64,000 nt of DNA, from assembly GCA_937875395.1 (NCBI GenBank), contig CALNCU010000227.1, positions 1,297-65,296 on the forward strand, read 5' to 3'. The stretch is from an uncultured Armatimonadetes bacterium. GTDB lineage: Bacteria; Armatimonadota; UBA5829; DTJY01. The position numbers were made by a program, and so were the translations under genes. This document shows positions 10,653 to 20,196 of this stretch, in pieces. The notes beneath the pieces are model-generated. The model worked only from the letters and a program-made list of their open reading frames with translations. It ran no database searches and was not told where the DNA came from. Position 1 is the first letter of the stretch; every line of letters begins with the position of its first letter.

Positions 10653-11458
10653 TACAACTCCTCCTCCGGCGTGTATGCCCTGTTGATTAGAACCATGGGC
10701 TGCCCGCTGTGCGGGTTGGATTGTACGGAGACCAACGTCCCGTAGACGGCGGAGAGGTTCTCTTCTGTTATTACCTCTCTTGGGCTGCCTTCCATGTAAA
10801 TTCTGCCCACAGAGAAGAGAAGGAGCCTGCGGCAGTATTCCGCTGCCAGGTTTAAATCATGGGAGACGCATAGCACGGCAAGGTTTTGCTCAATACTCAG
10901 GCGCGTGAGAAGGTTGAAGATATCCATCTGGTGCCCTATGTCAAGGTGCGCGGTGGGCTCATCCAGAAGAAGGATTCGCGGCTCCTGCGCAAGGGCGCGG
11001 GCAATGGTCACCCGCTGCAGTTCGCCGGAGCTTAAATTATCTATAGTCCTGTCCTGCAGGTGGGCTATATCTGTAAGTTTAATGGCACGATCAACTATCT
11101 CTGCATCCCTGCCGCCCGGCCTGTTAAGCCTTGATGCGTGGGGGTGGCGGCCCATCTCCACTACCTCACGAACCGTGAAGGCAAAGACGGGAACGCTTAT
11201 CTGCGGGACGGTGCCTATCCAGGCGGCCTGCTGCCGGGGAGTATATTCTGCAAGAGGGCGTCCGGCAAGCATTACGCTACCCCCCTTTAAGGGGAGAAGT
11301 CCGTTAAGCGCGCGGAGCAGAGTGCTCTTCCCGGAGCCGTTTGGGCCCACTATCCCCAGGAACTCCCCAGGGTATAGGGAGAGGCTTACGCCGCGCAGTA
11401 TATTGTGCCCGCCGTAGCCGCCCACAAGGCCGTCAGCCAGAAGGACAGGCTTGGTCAT
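10652..11458 (-). CDS. ABC transporter ATP-binding protein (FecE/BtuD-like)
   Basis: Walker A GPNGSGKST, ABC signature LSSGELQRV, Walker B LLLDEP. 4-nt overlap with the upstream substrate-binding-protein gene. Confidence 0.85.
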   Translation of the reverse strand: MTKPVLLADGLVGGYGGHNILRGVSLSLYPGEFLGIVGPNGSGKSTLLRALNGLLPLKGGSVMLAGRPLAEYTPRQQAAWIGTVPQISVPVFAFTVREVVEMGRHPHASRLNRPGGRDAEIVDRAIKLTDIAHLQDRTIDNLSSGELQRVTIARALAQEPRILLLDEPTAHLDIGHQMDIFNLLTRLSIEQNLAVLCVSHDLNLAAEYCRRLLLFSVGRIYMEGSPREVITEENLSAVYGTLVSVQSNPHSGQPMVLINRAYTPEEEL

Positions 11459-12453
11459 TTGGCGCCTCCCGTGCCGAATAGTTGCGGGTGAAGGGCGCGG
11501 GCCGCCTGCTCCAGCCCGTCAAAGAGTCTGGGGCCCGGGAGGGTTATGGAATCGTCATCAAGAAGATAGACCCGCCCATTTTTAACTGCAGAGACTGTGC
11601 GCCAGCGGCGGTCTTTTTGCAAGGTTTTAAGCGCGTGTTCCTGCGAGCATTTTGCCTCTCCGCCGTGTCCTGCCATTACAAAAATTACCTCTGGGTTGCG
11701 GGTAACTACCGTCTCCATAGAGAGCTGCGGCCACGGAACGCGCATCTCCCTTGCCATATTGCGGCCGCCCGCAAGGCGGATGATATTGTCTATATGGTTC
11801 TCCGGGCCGGCCGAAAAAAGGTCGCTCAGGCTGAAGAGAAAAAGGGTCTCCGGGCGGCTCTCTTCTGGCAGGGCGCCGGTTTTTTGCGTTACGGCATCCA
11901 GCCGGGCGGAGAGCGATGCGGCAAGGGATTCTGCGCGGGCATCTTCCCCCGCAACCCTGCCTATGAGGCGTATGGTGGAGAGCACGCCGTCAAGACTGGT
12001 TGGGTCTACGGCCACTACTGTAAATCCAAGGGAGGAGAGGCGGTCTATTATGTCGCGTTTTGTGCCGCGTGCAAGAAGCACCAGGTCCGGCGCAAGTTCG
12101 GAGACCTTTTCAACGTTTGGATCAAGGTAGCCTCCCACTTTTGGAAGCTTTTTAACTTCCGGAGGATAATCGCAGTAAGATGTTACGGCGGCAACCCTAT
12201 CGCCCGCGCCTATGCAAAAGAGTATCTCCGTGATGGCCGGGGAGAGCGAGACTATCCGCCGGGGCATTTTTTTTACTGTTACATCAACCCCGCGGCAATC
12301 ATGAACGGTGAGGGGGTAACCCTCTCCTTTGGTGCTTACAGGCATGGAGGATTGGGCGCTGCCAAGATACCTTAAAGTGCCGGGAAGTAGCGCAATAAGT
12401 AGAATAACCGCAGATAAGACTGCGGCAATTTTAATACCCTGCAAGCGGCACAT
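11455..12453 (-). CDS. ABC transporter periplasmic substrate-binding protein (BtuF/FecB class III)
   Basis: Signal peptide, class III SBP fold hallmarks (SLSPAITEILF...VGGYLDPNVEKVSELAPDLV). First gene of the SBP-ATPase-permease operon. Confidence 0.75.
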   Translation of the reverse strand: MCRLQGIKIAAVLSAVILLIALLPGTLRYLGSAQSSMPVSTKGEGYPLTVHDCRGVDVTVKKMPRRIVSLSPAITEILFCIGAGDRVAAVTSYCDYPPEVKKLPKVGGYLDPNVEKVSELAPDLVLLARGTKRDIIDRLSSLGFTVVAVDPTSLDGVLSTIRLIGRVAGEDARAESLAASLSARLDAVTQKTGALPEESRPETLFLFSLSDLFSAGPENHIDNIIRLAGGRNMAREMRVPWPQLSMETVVTRNPEVIFVMAGHGGEAKCSQEHALKTLQKDRRWRTVSAVKNGRVYLLDDDSITLPGPRLFDGLEQAARALHPQLFGTGGAK

Positions 12454-12517
12454 GAAAATCTACTCCTGTATTAGGATGCCGGTACCCCGCTTTGCTTGTC
12501 GAAGCATCGGCCTGGTA

Positions 12518-13369
12518 CTAGAACCCCAGGATAAGAGTTACAAAATAATAGAAGAGCGGGGCGGCAAAGAGCAGGCCGTCAAACCTGTCCAGTATTCCGC
12601 CGTGTCCCGGAAGCGCGCTGCCAAAATCTTTTATCCCTATGTCCCGCTTGATGGAAGATTCGACAAGGTCGCCTATAAAGCCTGCAATGCTTATTAGAAG
12701 CCCCAGGATTAATCCCTGTGTTAATGATATTCCAATCCCTCTTCCCATTGCAATGCATACGGCAATTGAAGATACAACACCTGCAGCAAGCCCTTCCCAG
12801 CTCTTCCCGGGACTGAGCACGGGGACTATTTTGTGCCTGCCCCACGTGCGCCCTACAAGGTAGGCGCCCGTATCTGCCGCCCATGCCGCAAAGACCACAA
12901 AAAGGACCAGCCATGCACCTGTGGGAATGCTCCAGGGGATACCGGAAAGGTTGATCTGTCCTGATATGCTTCTTATTGCCACAAGGTAGCTAAAGAGCCA
13001 GCCCACGTAGACGGCTCCAAGGAATGTGGCGCCCAGATTTTTTATGGGTGAGCGGTTGGGCCTGAGAAGCTCTACTACAAGGGCAGCAATAACAAAGAGG
13101 GTTAATACTCCGGAGAGACTGAAATTGGGGGCGTTGAACTTTTGACGGGCAGCCAGCATAAAGAGCATTACGGAAGCCAGCCCTACCCATTCCTGAGGTT
13201 CGGCGCCTGTCTTTCTTGTTCCCCGGTAAAACTCGTTTAGCCCTATTATGGAAATAAATCCTACGCCCAGAACAAACGGAAAGCCTCTCTCTGTAAATAC
13301 AAGGATAATAAGGAGCGGAATTCCAACCAGTCCGCTAATAAAACGTAAAAGCATAAAATTGTACCTCAT
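12518..13369 (-). CDS. cdsA: phosphatidate cytidylyltransferase
   Basis: Multi-TM protein with C-terminal CdsA signature SxxKRDxGxKDxGxxLPGHGGxxDRxD. Confidence 0.85.
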   Translation of the reverse strand: MRYNFMLLRFISGLVGIPLLIILVFTERGFPFVLGVGFISIIGLNEFYRGTRKTGAEPQEWVGLASVMLFMLAARQKFNAPNFSLSGVLTLFVIAALVVELLRPNRSPIKNLGATFLGAVYVGWLFSYLVAIRSISGQINLSGIPWSIPTGAWLVLFVVFAAWAADTGAYLVGRTWGRHKIVPVLSPGKSWEGLAAGVVSSIAVCIAMGRGIGISLTQGLILGLLISIAGFIGDLVESSIKRDIGIKDFGSALPGHGGILDRFDGLLFAAPLFYYFVTLILGF

Positions 13370-13571
13370 CCGTATCCCTGAACAGGGAACTGCGACAGGT
13401 AGATTATAACACGGGCGCCCGCTTTGCGCAAAGGTTGAGATTGCAAACTCTTTTGGTATTTAGCCTTCGCATAAAAGAATTGGCGCAGAGCTTTTGGTAA
13501 AACTCTACGCCGAAGTTGTGTTTATGTATGAAAGCGGAGGTTATTTGTATGCGGTAACCTACACATGGTAG

Positions 13572-16448
13572 TTATTGGAATTCCAGCACTCGGAAGCGTG
13601 ATGGGTTATGAAAGCTTCTTTTAAACAACAGTGCATATGAGCTTATTTCAATCGGTTTTTCTGCATATCTTTCCCGGCAAATGTTGAAGTTCCATCGGCT
13701 GGCCGGTTTGATATTGACAAGCCCCAGTTCTTTAAAGGGAATAGCTATTTCCAGAGTCCATGAATCTGCACCTATCTTTGTGGCTGCCTTATAATTGCCG
13801 TTCCATTTTGGATCGGATACAATTGCATCATAGATTGTACCTATAGTATTAACTACAATATGGTAATAGCTGGTGTTACCTGCCGGAGAGAGAAAGAACT
13901 CTATACAGTCATCCTCCCAGATATTTCTATCTCTTACCTTGTGCCTTGCCACTATACTACCGGGTAGCGGCTCAAGGCAGGTAACGCCTGCATATAGATT
14001 TTGATCATCATAACAAAGCCGAAATTCGGTCTGCTGCCGTGCAGGCTTGCCGCCAATAAGCATGAACCCTGTCATAGAATCTGCACTGCCCCATGCAGCT
14101 TCGTCAAGCAATCCATCTATCTTTATAGCGCCAGAGAGTCTTTTTACCTTAATGGGGAAGGGTTTTGCTGATAGGTCATTTTTGATCAGCCCAAGGTTGG
14201 TTAGATATGTGCTTATCTCTTCATCAATTGCTCTGGAAAGATTCTTAGGCATGGCGGGTATAAGCTTCTTTTGCCATTTTTGTAATTCGGTTATACTGTT
14301 TTGCAGGTAGAGATACTGTTCTTCTTTGCTCTTGCCGGGAATAGTGTAATCATTAAGCTTGGATGTGAAATCTGTATAGTCTTTTAAGGAGTCTAAATTT
14401 TCCACTCCTCCCACAGCCCTGACTATCGCCGCCTGATAGGATGCATCCTGGCTTTGTCTATCGGCATTCCAAAAGTAGTCGGCAGCGGTAATCCATGATG
14501 TCCCGGCAGCATCCTCTAGAGACGGCATAATTGGATTAATGATGTAACCCTTTATATCCATACTCTGCAAACCCTTCGTCCAGCGGAAAGGCGGTATAAA
14601 CACAGGTGCTTTACCTCTCTCCCAGGCACAAAAAACGTTGTCCCAGATCAGCGGCGGGCGCTTTGTGAGTTCTGTTACTTCGCGAATATTTTCTATTTCG
14701 TAAGGGCAGGAGATGAATTCTATTTCCTGTGGAAGTGCAGACAGGTGGCGCAGGTACGATTTTTGCCTAAAATCGCTGCTCTCTTCAGGCAAAGTAATAA
14801 AGCCGCCGTATACCAGGGGCACAATGCCAAAGTTTATATCAGAATGTTGTTTCTTAAGCCTCTTATATACTTCGCTTACAAAGTAGAGATGAGCCTTGCC
14901 CATATCGTTACCGAACTTCTCAATATCCGCCTGAACTATCAATCGCTCCTGGCCGATATTTTGTAAATCATCAAAACTGAGCCCGAAGTTGCGGAAACCA
15001 ATATTGTAAAGATCGCTCATCTTGCCTACTACTAAATTTATATCAGTATCAGATGAGTACTGGATTAGAGGAATGCCTCGAGGGAAGATTGCAATAGTCG
15101 GAGTGATAAAATTGTTACGGCATATTTTTAGATATTCGGCTAGCACTTTTCTATGGTTGTCATTCAGGGGTTTGCGCCAGTTGTGTTGGCGCGAATTATT
15201 CCCACCAAATATGTTATCCCAGAAAGCGCCATGGATCCATATGTAGTTGCATTTTAAATTAGCCAATCGTTCGATAGCGCGTTCCTTGTTGTCAAACCAC
15301 TGTGGTCCAATAGCAATTCCCCGGCGGCTAAAAACAGGCTTATCCAATATATTAGCCTCTGCCAGCAAGAGCTGATTATCATGCCTGACCAACAGTTGTT
15401 TTAATGATTGCAATGCGTAAAACCTTCCTTGTTCGCTGTTAGCACCTATGTATATTACAGGTTTTCCATCTTTGCGCATTATAGAAAGAAAATATCCTTC
15501 ATCACCCAAATCCTGCCAGGTTGATCCCGGGTAACACCGGGCCCGGCAATCGGCTATTTCTTTTACTGAACTGTCTCCCACGTATACAAGGCCGTTGCTA
15601 ATGTTAATATCTTTACCAGGTAAGGCAAAATTATGGGGGATGCCTTCTTCTTTTAGCCATTTGCTCAGTGCGTTCTTAAAAATATCATCTTTTTCCGGAA
15701 CAATTACCGACAGCTCGGTCAATTCAATTCTATCCTTGCCGCATTGCATCTTCCAGGGATGCGGAATCACTATCGGCCCGCTTAAAGCCTTTGCCTTCTG
15801 CATAATTGCACTCTTATTCAGAGGATTGCCAACCACTTTGATTTCTACATCATCAACCCATGCGGTACCGGTGCAGGCCGTCATGCCGACACTCGCCGTT
15901 ATCCATTTTGCTCCTTCCGGAACAATGATAGTCCCCTGGTATTTCTTCCAGTCAAAGGTGCCTTCTGTAGAGGCAATGTCCCAGTGTTTTATCTTGGCGC
16001 CTTTTTCATCCAAGGCAGATATTGTAAACCGCAGTTTATACCAGCTGCCGGGTCCCTTCTTTACATCCTGGGCCTTTAGCCAGGCCGATGCCTGTAGGGT
16101 AGATTGTGCTGCCGGAGCCATGAAACGTTTGGACATTACATTAATAAAACAAAGGCTTGTTAAGGTGTTGGAACCGGAAGGGGTGGCATATTTCCGCGCA
16201 TCAAGCTTCACTGCCCTTTTACCGGATTTAACAATATCATCCACCCAATAAATACCGCCTTCCAAGATGTTGCTCCGGTGAAAACCCCAGTCGGCCGGCT
16301 GACCGGGCTTGTCGGGATTTTCCGTTTCAAAGCCTGGATTAGCTATTAGATTATCATCCAGCCCCATATCATATTCAGCAGAATATACAACTACCGCTGA
16401 TGTCAAAAGAAAGAGCACAACTACCAGCAACTGTTTTAAGGCTTTCAT
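13572..16448 (-). CDS. secreted multidomain glycoside hydrolase-like protein (CBM4/9-like N-term, GH20b/GH84-type domain pair, C-terminal CBM9/DOMON-like domain)
   Basis: Signal peptide. EGYFLSIMRKDGKPVIYIGANSEQGRFYALQSLKQLL resembles the GH20b/GH84 N-terminal domain. FSRRGIAIGPQWF...SFDDL resembles the GH84 catalytic-barrel entry and a DD pair. C-terminal IKIDGLLDEAAW...NLYAGVTC is CBM9-like. GAGGAGG RBS. Family assignment tentative. Confidence 0.5.
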   Translation of the reverse strand: MKALKQLLVVVLFLLTSAVVVYSAEYDMGLDDNLIANPGFETENPDKPGQPADWGFHRSNILEGGIYWVDDIVKSGKRAVKLDARKYATPSGSNTLTSLCFINVMSKRFMAPAAQSTLQASAWLKAQDVKKGPGSWYKLRFTISALDEKGAKIKHWDIASTEGTFDWKKYQGTIIVPEGAKWITASVGMTACTGTAWVDDVEIKVVGNPLNKSAIMQKAKALSGPIVIPHPWKMQCGKDRIELTELSVIVPEKDDIFKNALSKWLKEEGIPHNFALPGKDINISNGLVYVGDSSVKEIADCRARCYPGSTWQDLGDEGYFLSIMRKDGKPVIYIGANSEQGRFYALQSLKQLLVRHDNQLLLAEANILDKPVFSRRGIAIGPQWFDNKERAIERLANLKCNYIWIHGAFWDNIFGGNNSRQHNWRKPLNDNHRKVLAEYLKICRNNFITPTIAIFPRGIPLIQYSSDTDINLVVGKMSDLYNIGFRNFGLSFDDLQNIGQERLIVQADIEKFGNDMGKAHLYFVSEVYKRLKKQHSDINFGIVPLVYGGFITLPEESSDFRQKSYLRHLSALPQEIEFISCPYEIENIREVTELTKRPPLIWDNVFCAWERGKAPVFIPPFRWTKGLQSMDIKGYIINPIMPSLEDAAGTSWITAADYFWNADRQSQDASYQAAIVRAVGGVENLDSLKDYTDFTSKLNDYTIPGKSKEEQYLYLQNSITELQKWQKKLIPAMPKNLSRAIDEEISTYLTNLGLIKNDLSAKPFPIKVKRLSGAIKIDGLLDEAAWGSADSMTGFMLIGGKPARQQTEFRLCYDDQNLYAGVTCLEPLPGSIVARHKVRDRNIWEDDCIEFFLSPAGNTSYYHIVVNTIGTIYDAIVSDPKWNGNYKAATKIGADSWTLEIAIPFKELGLVNIKPASRWNFNICRERYAEKPIEISSYALLFKRSFHNPSRFRVLEFQ

Positions 16449-16537
16449 TTTTCCTCCTCAAGCATAATTTGGGCATCCACCTGATATTGGGTGATTGCCG
16501 CATTTTGTAATGCCGTTTTGCGTAGATAAATTATGTG

Positions 16538-17260
16538 TTATAGTGTTGACGAACCGGATTCTTCCTTAATACCAACTCTTGAGCCTTTAAGATTTGAAGT
16601 AACCAGCCTTGCTTTTGTACATCCTTCTACATGGCCATCTATAAACAGGGCATTGGCAACCCCGTTATGCCTGGTAAGATCTATTGAACCACATGTTGAT
16701 ACATTTTTGTTAAATATATAAGAAGGATAACCCGACGAACCGGTGGTTTCAGCTATATAAATATAGTTTGATGGCTTATCTATCTTATAAAAATCCAAAA
16801 GGATGGTGTGGTAACCTGGCGCAAAACTAACCTGCACCTCATACCCGTCATCCACCGGGTCACCAAATATACCGTAAGTATATTGAGCGAAGCGCGTACC
16901 GGTTACTCCGTCTGGGCGTGGCCATGAAGCCGCCATATCTGTGATTTTGATATTACCTGGAGTGAGGGATGGACAGAAGCATATCTGAGGGGTTCCTATA
17001 TACTTGGTCTCAGATAGAACCCGGCCCCATTGCTTGCCATAAATCAACTTTGGTACAATACCATCCCAATCCTGGGCATACATGCTAAAGGCCACACCCA
17101 CCTGCTTAAGGTTGCTGGCACAGGTAGATAGCTTGGCCCTCTCCCTGGCTTTTGCAAATACGGGAAAGAGTATGGCTGCCAGAATGGCTATTATAGCTAT
17201 AACAACTAACAGCTCTATCAGAGTAAAGCCGTCTTTTGTCAATTTGGCATAACTTCTCAT
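16538..17260 (-). CDS. prepilin-type N-terminal cleavage/methylation domain protein with H-X9-DG (DUF1559) motif (type II secretion pseudopilin-like)
   Basis: [25 protein letters not shown] prepilin leader and TM segment. C-terminal [13 protein letters not shown] is H-x9-DG. AGGAGGG RBS. Confidence 0.8.
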   Translation of the reverse strand: MRSYAKLTKDGFTLIELLVVIAIIAILAAILFPVFAKARERAKLSTCASNLKQVGVAFSMYAQDWDGIVPKLIYGKQWGRVLSETKYIGTPQICFCPSLTPGNIKITDMAASWPRPDGVTGTRFAQYTYGIFGDPVDDGYEVQVSFAPGYHTILLDFYKIDKPSNYIYIAETTGSSGYPSYIFNKNVSTCGSIDLTRHNGVANALFIDGHVEGCTKARLVTSNLKGSRVGIKEESGSSTL

Positions 17261-17336
17261 AATGCCCTCCTAAGCTCATGAAACGAATCATAGTTGTGTA
17301 AGCCTATACTAACACCAAAATGGCGAATGGGGAATT

Positions 17337-17370
17337 GAGAATTATACTATTTGGTTGAGGATTATACTAT
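17337..17370 (-). promoter_or_regulatory. tandem 14-bp direct repeats GAG(A/G)ATTATACTAT, each containing a perfect TATAAT on the pseudopilin-coding strand
   Basis: Repeats at 17337-17350 and 17357-17370, 20 bp apart, 77-110 bp upstream of the pseudopilin ATG and just downstream of the AraC gene. No good -35 boxes, which suggests activator dependence. Confidence 0.35.
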
Positions 17371-17395
17371 CTTAGAGAAGATTTAAGCATGCGTA

Positions 17396-18289
17396 TTATG
17401 TATGATAACACTTTGCAATGAATTCTGAAGGGCTTACGCCTTCTCTCCGTTTGAACAGGTAGCTGAAGTAGTGCTCATCATCATACCCAACCATATGCGC
17501 CACCTGGCTTATACTGCAATCGGTCTCAAGCATTAACCTCTTGGCTTCTGCTATTCGGTGATCTATTAGGTATTCTATTGGGGGTTTGCCTAGAATAGCT
17601 TTGAAAAGGTTGGTGAAGTAGCTGGGACTAAGATTGGCAATGGAGGCCAGCTCGTCTATTGTCATATCATTTGAGTAGTTTTCTACAATATATCTCTCCG
17701 CTCTAAGTATATTGCGTCTGCTTTTTAGGCGCTCAGGATTATCATCCTGTTCTGCATTTCTATGCTGTATAAGCATAAGCCCTAGGACGGACATGAGCTT
17801 GCCGTTTGCAAATATACAGGATTCAACGGCGTTCGATTTTAGCTTGGCTAGAAGAATATCTGCACAAAGAGATCTGGCCTCTACATCATTGTGCAGGCGT
17901 ACAAGCCTGGGCCAGTTGCTGCCGTTTGCAAAGCGGGGGGTTACAGTCCTTACCAAGTCATTCTGGGAGAAGAAATCCATATGGATAAAGTAGCGGCCGA
18001 AGGGTACAGTGCCCAGCGCTTTTACATAGAATGACTCTCCAGGAAATACGGTAACTACATCGCCCTTCTCTATGGGGATTTCGTTTCCATCTATCACTAT
18101 AATGCCTGTGCCCCTGTAGACAAGTTGCAGGTCATGATCCGGGATTGCCGGAGTCAGACGGCTGGCATTTCCGGGGTTTAATTCCATTCTGCCGGTAAAT
18201 GCAATATTCGGCGAGATTTTGGCTATGCTACATCCATCCAGATCATGCACTGTCTGCATTACTCTCCTCCGCAGGGGATCGCTCAGCAT
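17396..18289 (-). CDS. AraC-family transcriptional regulator with N-terminal cupin-like sensor domain
   Basis: C-terminal dual HTH (ELASIANLSPSYFTNLFK...SQVAHMVGYDDEHYFSYLFKR). Divergent from hisF and upstream of the pseudopilin gene. Confidence 0.8.
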   Translation of the reverse strand: MLSDPLRRRVMQTVHDLDGCSIAKISPNIAFTGRMELNPGNASRLTPAIPDHDLQLVYRGTGIIVIDGNEIPIEKGDVVTVFPGESFYVKALGTVPFGRYFIHMDFFSQNDLVRTVTPRFANGSNWPRLVRLHNDVEARSLCADILLAKLKSNAVESCIFANGKLMSVLGLMLIQHRNAEQDDNPERLKSRRNILRAERYIVENYSNDMTIDELASIANLSPSYFTNLFKAILGKPPIEYLIDHRIAEAKRLMLETDCSISQVAHMVGYDDEHYFSYLFKRREGVSPSEFIAKCYHT

Positions 18290-18370
18290 TGTGTTGCTAT
18301 ATTATAATCTATTTCAGAATTTTGGGGAAGATTGGATTAGGGGATTCCTGCTTTTGGCAGTTTTTATCCG

Positions 18371-18400
18371 TTGGCAAGCGGCAGGGCTGTGTGATATAAT
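18371..18400 (+). promoter_or_regulatory. candidate sigma-70 promoter of hisF-hisI
   Basis: TTGGCA (18371-18376), 18-nt spacer, TG-n-TATAAT (18392-18400). ATG 30 nt downstream. Confidence 0.45.
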
Positions 18401-18429
18401 TTACTGTTTAATGTATGCTGGAGAAGTAA

Positions 18430-19200
18430 ATGCTTGCAAAACGAATAATCCCCTGTTTTGATGTAAAAGAGGGCCGCGTGGTAAAGGGCACAAAGTTTGT
18501 GAACCTGAAGGATGCCGGCGACCCGGTAGAACTTGCCGCCCTTTACGATAAAGAAGGCGCGGACGAGATAATCTTTCTTGATATTACAGCCAGCCACGAG
18601 AAGAGAAAGACTATTATAGACGTGGCAAGCCGCACGGCGGAACAGGTTTTTATACCGTTTACGGTGGGCGGCGGCATAAGCACGGTTGAAGATTTCAGGC
18701 AGATTTTAAAGGTGGGGGCGGATAAGTGCTCTATAAACACCTCTGCCGTGCAGACCCCCAACCTTATAAGAGAAGCGGCGGATAAATTTGGCTCGCAGTG
18801 CGTGGTTGTGGCAATAGATGCCAAGCATAATGATTCCCGCCCCGGAAACTGGGAGGTCTACATTCACGGCGGCCGCACAGCCACGGGACTGGATGTCTTA
18901 AAATGGGCCGAAGAGGTGGAAAAGCTGGGCGCCGGAGAGATCCTTCTTACCAGCATGGATGCAGACGGCACCAAGGCCGGGTATGATATCCCTCTCACCC
19001 GCGCCGTTGCAGATAGCGTGGGCATACCGGTAATTGCATCCGGGGGCGCAGGCACGCTTGAGCACCTGTATGATGGACTCACCGCCGGCGGAGCGGAGGC
19101 GGCCCTTATAGCCTCCATGGTTCACTACAAGATACACAGCATAAAAGAGATTAAAGATTACCTTGGCGCGCGCGGAATTGCGGTGCGTCCCGTTTTGTAA
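18430..19200 (+). CDS. hisF: imidazole glycerol phosphate synthase cyclase subunit HisF
   Basis: [16 protein letters not shown]...[13 protein letters not shown]...GGGI full-length HisF signature, 256 aa. Confidence 0.95.
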   Translation: MLAKRIIPCFDVKEGRVVKGTKFVNLKDAGDPVELAALYDKEGADEIIFLDITASHEKRKTIIDVASRTAEQVFIPFTVGGGISTVEDFRQILKVGADKCSINTSAVQTPNLIREAADKFGSQCVVVAIDAKHNDSRPGNWEVYIHGGRTATGLDVLKWAEEVEKLGAGEILLTSMDADGTKAGYDIPLTRAVADSVGIPVIASGGAGTLEHLYDGLTAGGAEAALIASMVHYKIHSIKEIKDYLGARGIAVRPVL

Positions 19201-19209
19201 GGAGAAGAT

Positions 19210-19593
19210 ATGCAGATTCCGGATGAGGTTAAATTTGGGGCGGACGGTCTTATCCCGGCTGTCATTCAGGATTCGCACGACGGCCAGGTGCTTATGGTAG
19301 GCTTTATGAACCGCGATGCGCTTGAAAAGACTCTTGCAGAAGGCAAGGTCTGCTTCTGGAGCAGATCCCGGCAGAAATTCTGGCTTAAAGGAGAATCTTC
19401 CGGCAATTTCCTTTTGGTAAAAGAGGTGCTGGTAAACTGCTACGTTGATTCCCTTCTTATAAAGGCAGAGCCGGTAGGCCCCACATGCCATAACGGTTAC
19501 CAGAGCTGCTATTACAGAAAGATAGAAGAGGACGGCAGCCTAAAGATAATTGCCCCGCAGCTCTTCAACCCAAAGGACGTCTACGGGAAGTGA
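19210..19593 (+). CDS. hisI: phosphoribosyl-AMP cyclohydrolase HisI (no HisE fusion)
   Basis: GLIPAVIQD...FWSRSRQKFWLKGESSGN...CHNGYQSCYY. 127 aa, 9 nt after the hisF stop. Confidence 0.9.
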   Translation: MQIPDEVKFGADGLIPAVIQDSHDGQVLMVGFMNRDALEKTLAEGKVCFWSRSRQKFWLKGESSGNFLLVKEVLVNCYVDSLLIKAEPVGPTCHNGYQSCYYRKIEEDGSLKIIAPQLFNPKDVYGK

Positions 19594-19609
19594 CGGGTGG
19601 CGGGGTGCC

Positions 19610-19638
19610 TTGACCAAACCCTTCAATTCTGATAAACT
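19610..19638 (+). promoter_or_regulatory. candidate sigma-70 promoter of the orphan PorD-like ferredoxin gene
   Basis: TTGACC (19610-19615), 17-nt spacer, TAAACT (19633-19638). ~100 nt 5' UTR. Confidence 0.35.
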
Positions 19639-19737
19639 AATATGGTTTTGAGTTCCGGCCAATGTATTTGGCAGGCGGAACGGAGTATATTTAGATTTGG
19701 CCCTGCAAAACGGGTTTCAATAGCATAGGAGAAATCT

Positions 19738-20076
19738 ATGGCAACAGATGTAAAATCAAAGAAGGACGTCGAAGAGAAAAAGGAGCCGGGCTGGAAGGAT
19801 CTCCCCATAGGTGGGCTGATAGAGAAGCCGGGCACGTCTGAGGCATACAAGACCGGTGACTGGCGCACCCAGCGCCCGGTATGGGATTCTGAAAAGTGTA
19901 TAAACTGCCTTATCTGCTGGATATACTGCCCGGACAGCGCAGTTATAGTGGAAGACGGCAAGGTAAAGGGTATAGATCTTGACCACTGCAAAGGTTGCGG
20001 CATCTGCGCACAGGAGTGCCCGCCCAAGTGCAAGGCATATACTATGGTGAACGAGTCTGAGTTCCGCGGCAAGTAA
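19738..20076 (+). CDS. 2x[4Fe-4S] ferredoxin, pyruvate/2-ketoacid:ferredoxin oxidoreductase delta-subunit (PorD)-like, orphan
   Basis: Two cluster motifs, [12 protein letters not shown] and [12 protein letters not shown]. 112 aa with a PorD-like N-terminal extension. No porA/B/G nearby. Confidence 0.7.
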   Translation: MATDVKSKKDVEEKKEPGWKDLPIGGLIEKPGTSEAYKTGDWRTQRPVWDSEKCINCLICWIYCPDSAVIVEDGKVKGIDLDHCKGCGICAQECPPKCKAYTMVNESEFRGK

Positions 20077-20128
20077 ACCGCATATATATTAGTACTCTGT
20101 AAACCTGGATTTGCAAGTTCAAACAAGG

Positions 20129-20169
20129 CTTCGGCAGCGACGTGCTTTGCACTCTGCGACCGAAGTATC
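20129..20169. repeat. REP-like imperfect palindromic element, copy A (subtype 1)
   Basis: cttcggcagcgacgtgctttgcactctgcgaccgaagtatc: outer stem CTTCGG/CCGAAG, inner stem GTGC/GCAC. Related copies at five other positions. Confidence 0.6.
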
Positions 20170-20196
20170 GCCCCGGGGGATTTTTACCGTCCTGGG

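Noticed and set aside
12454-12517. Cobalamin or other riboswitch, or a Fur box, upstream of the BtuF/FecB-type ABC importer
   Set aside because: The intergenic spacer is only ~65 bp. It contains a weak 5-bp hairpin but no B12-box-like or Fur-box-like sequence that I can recognise.
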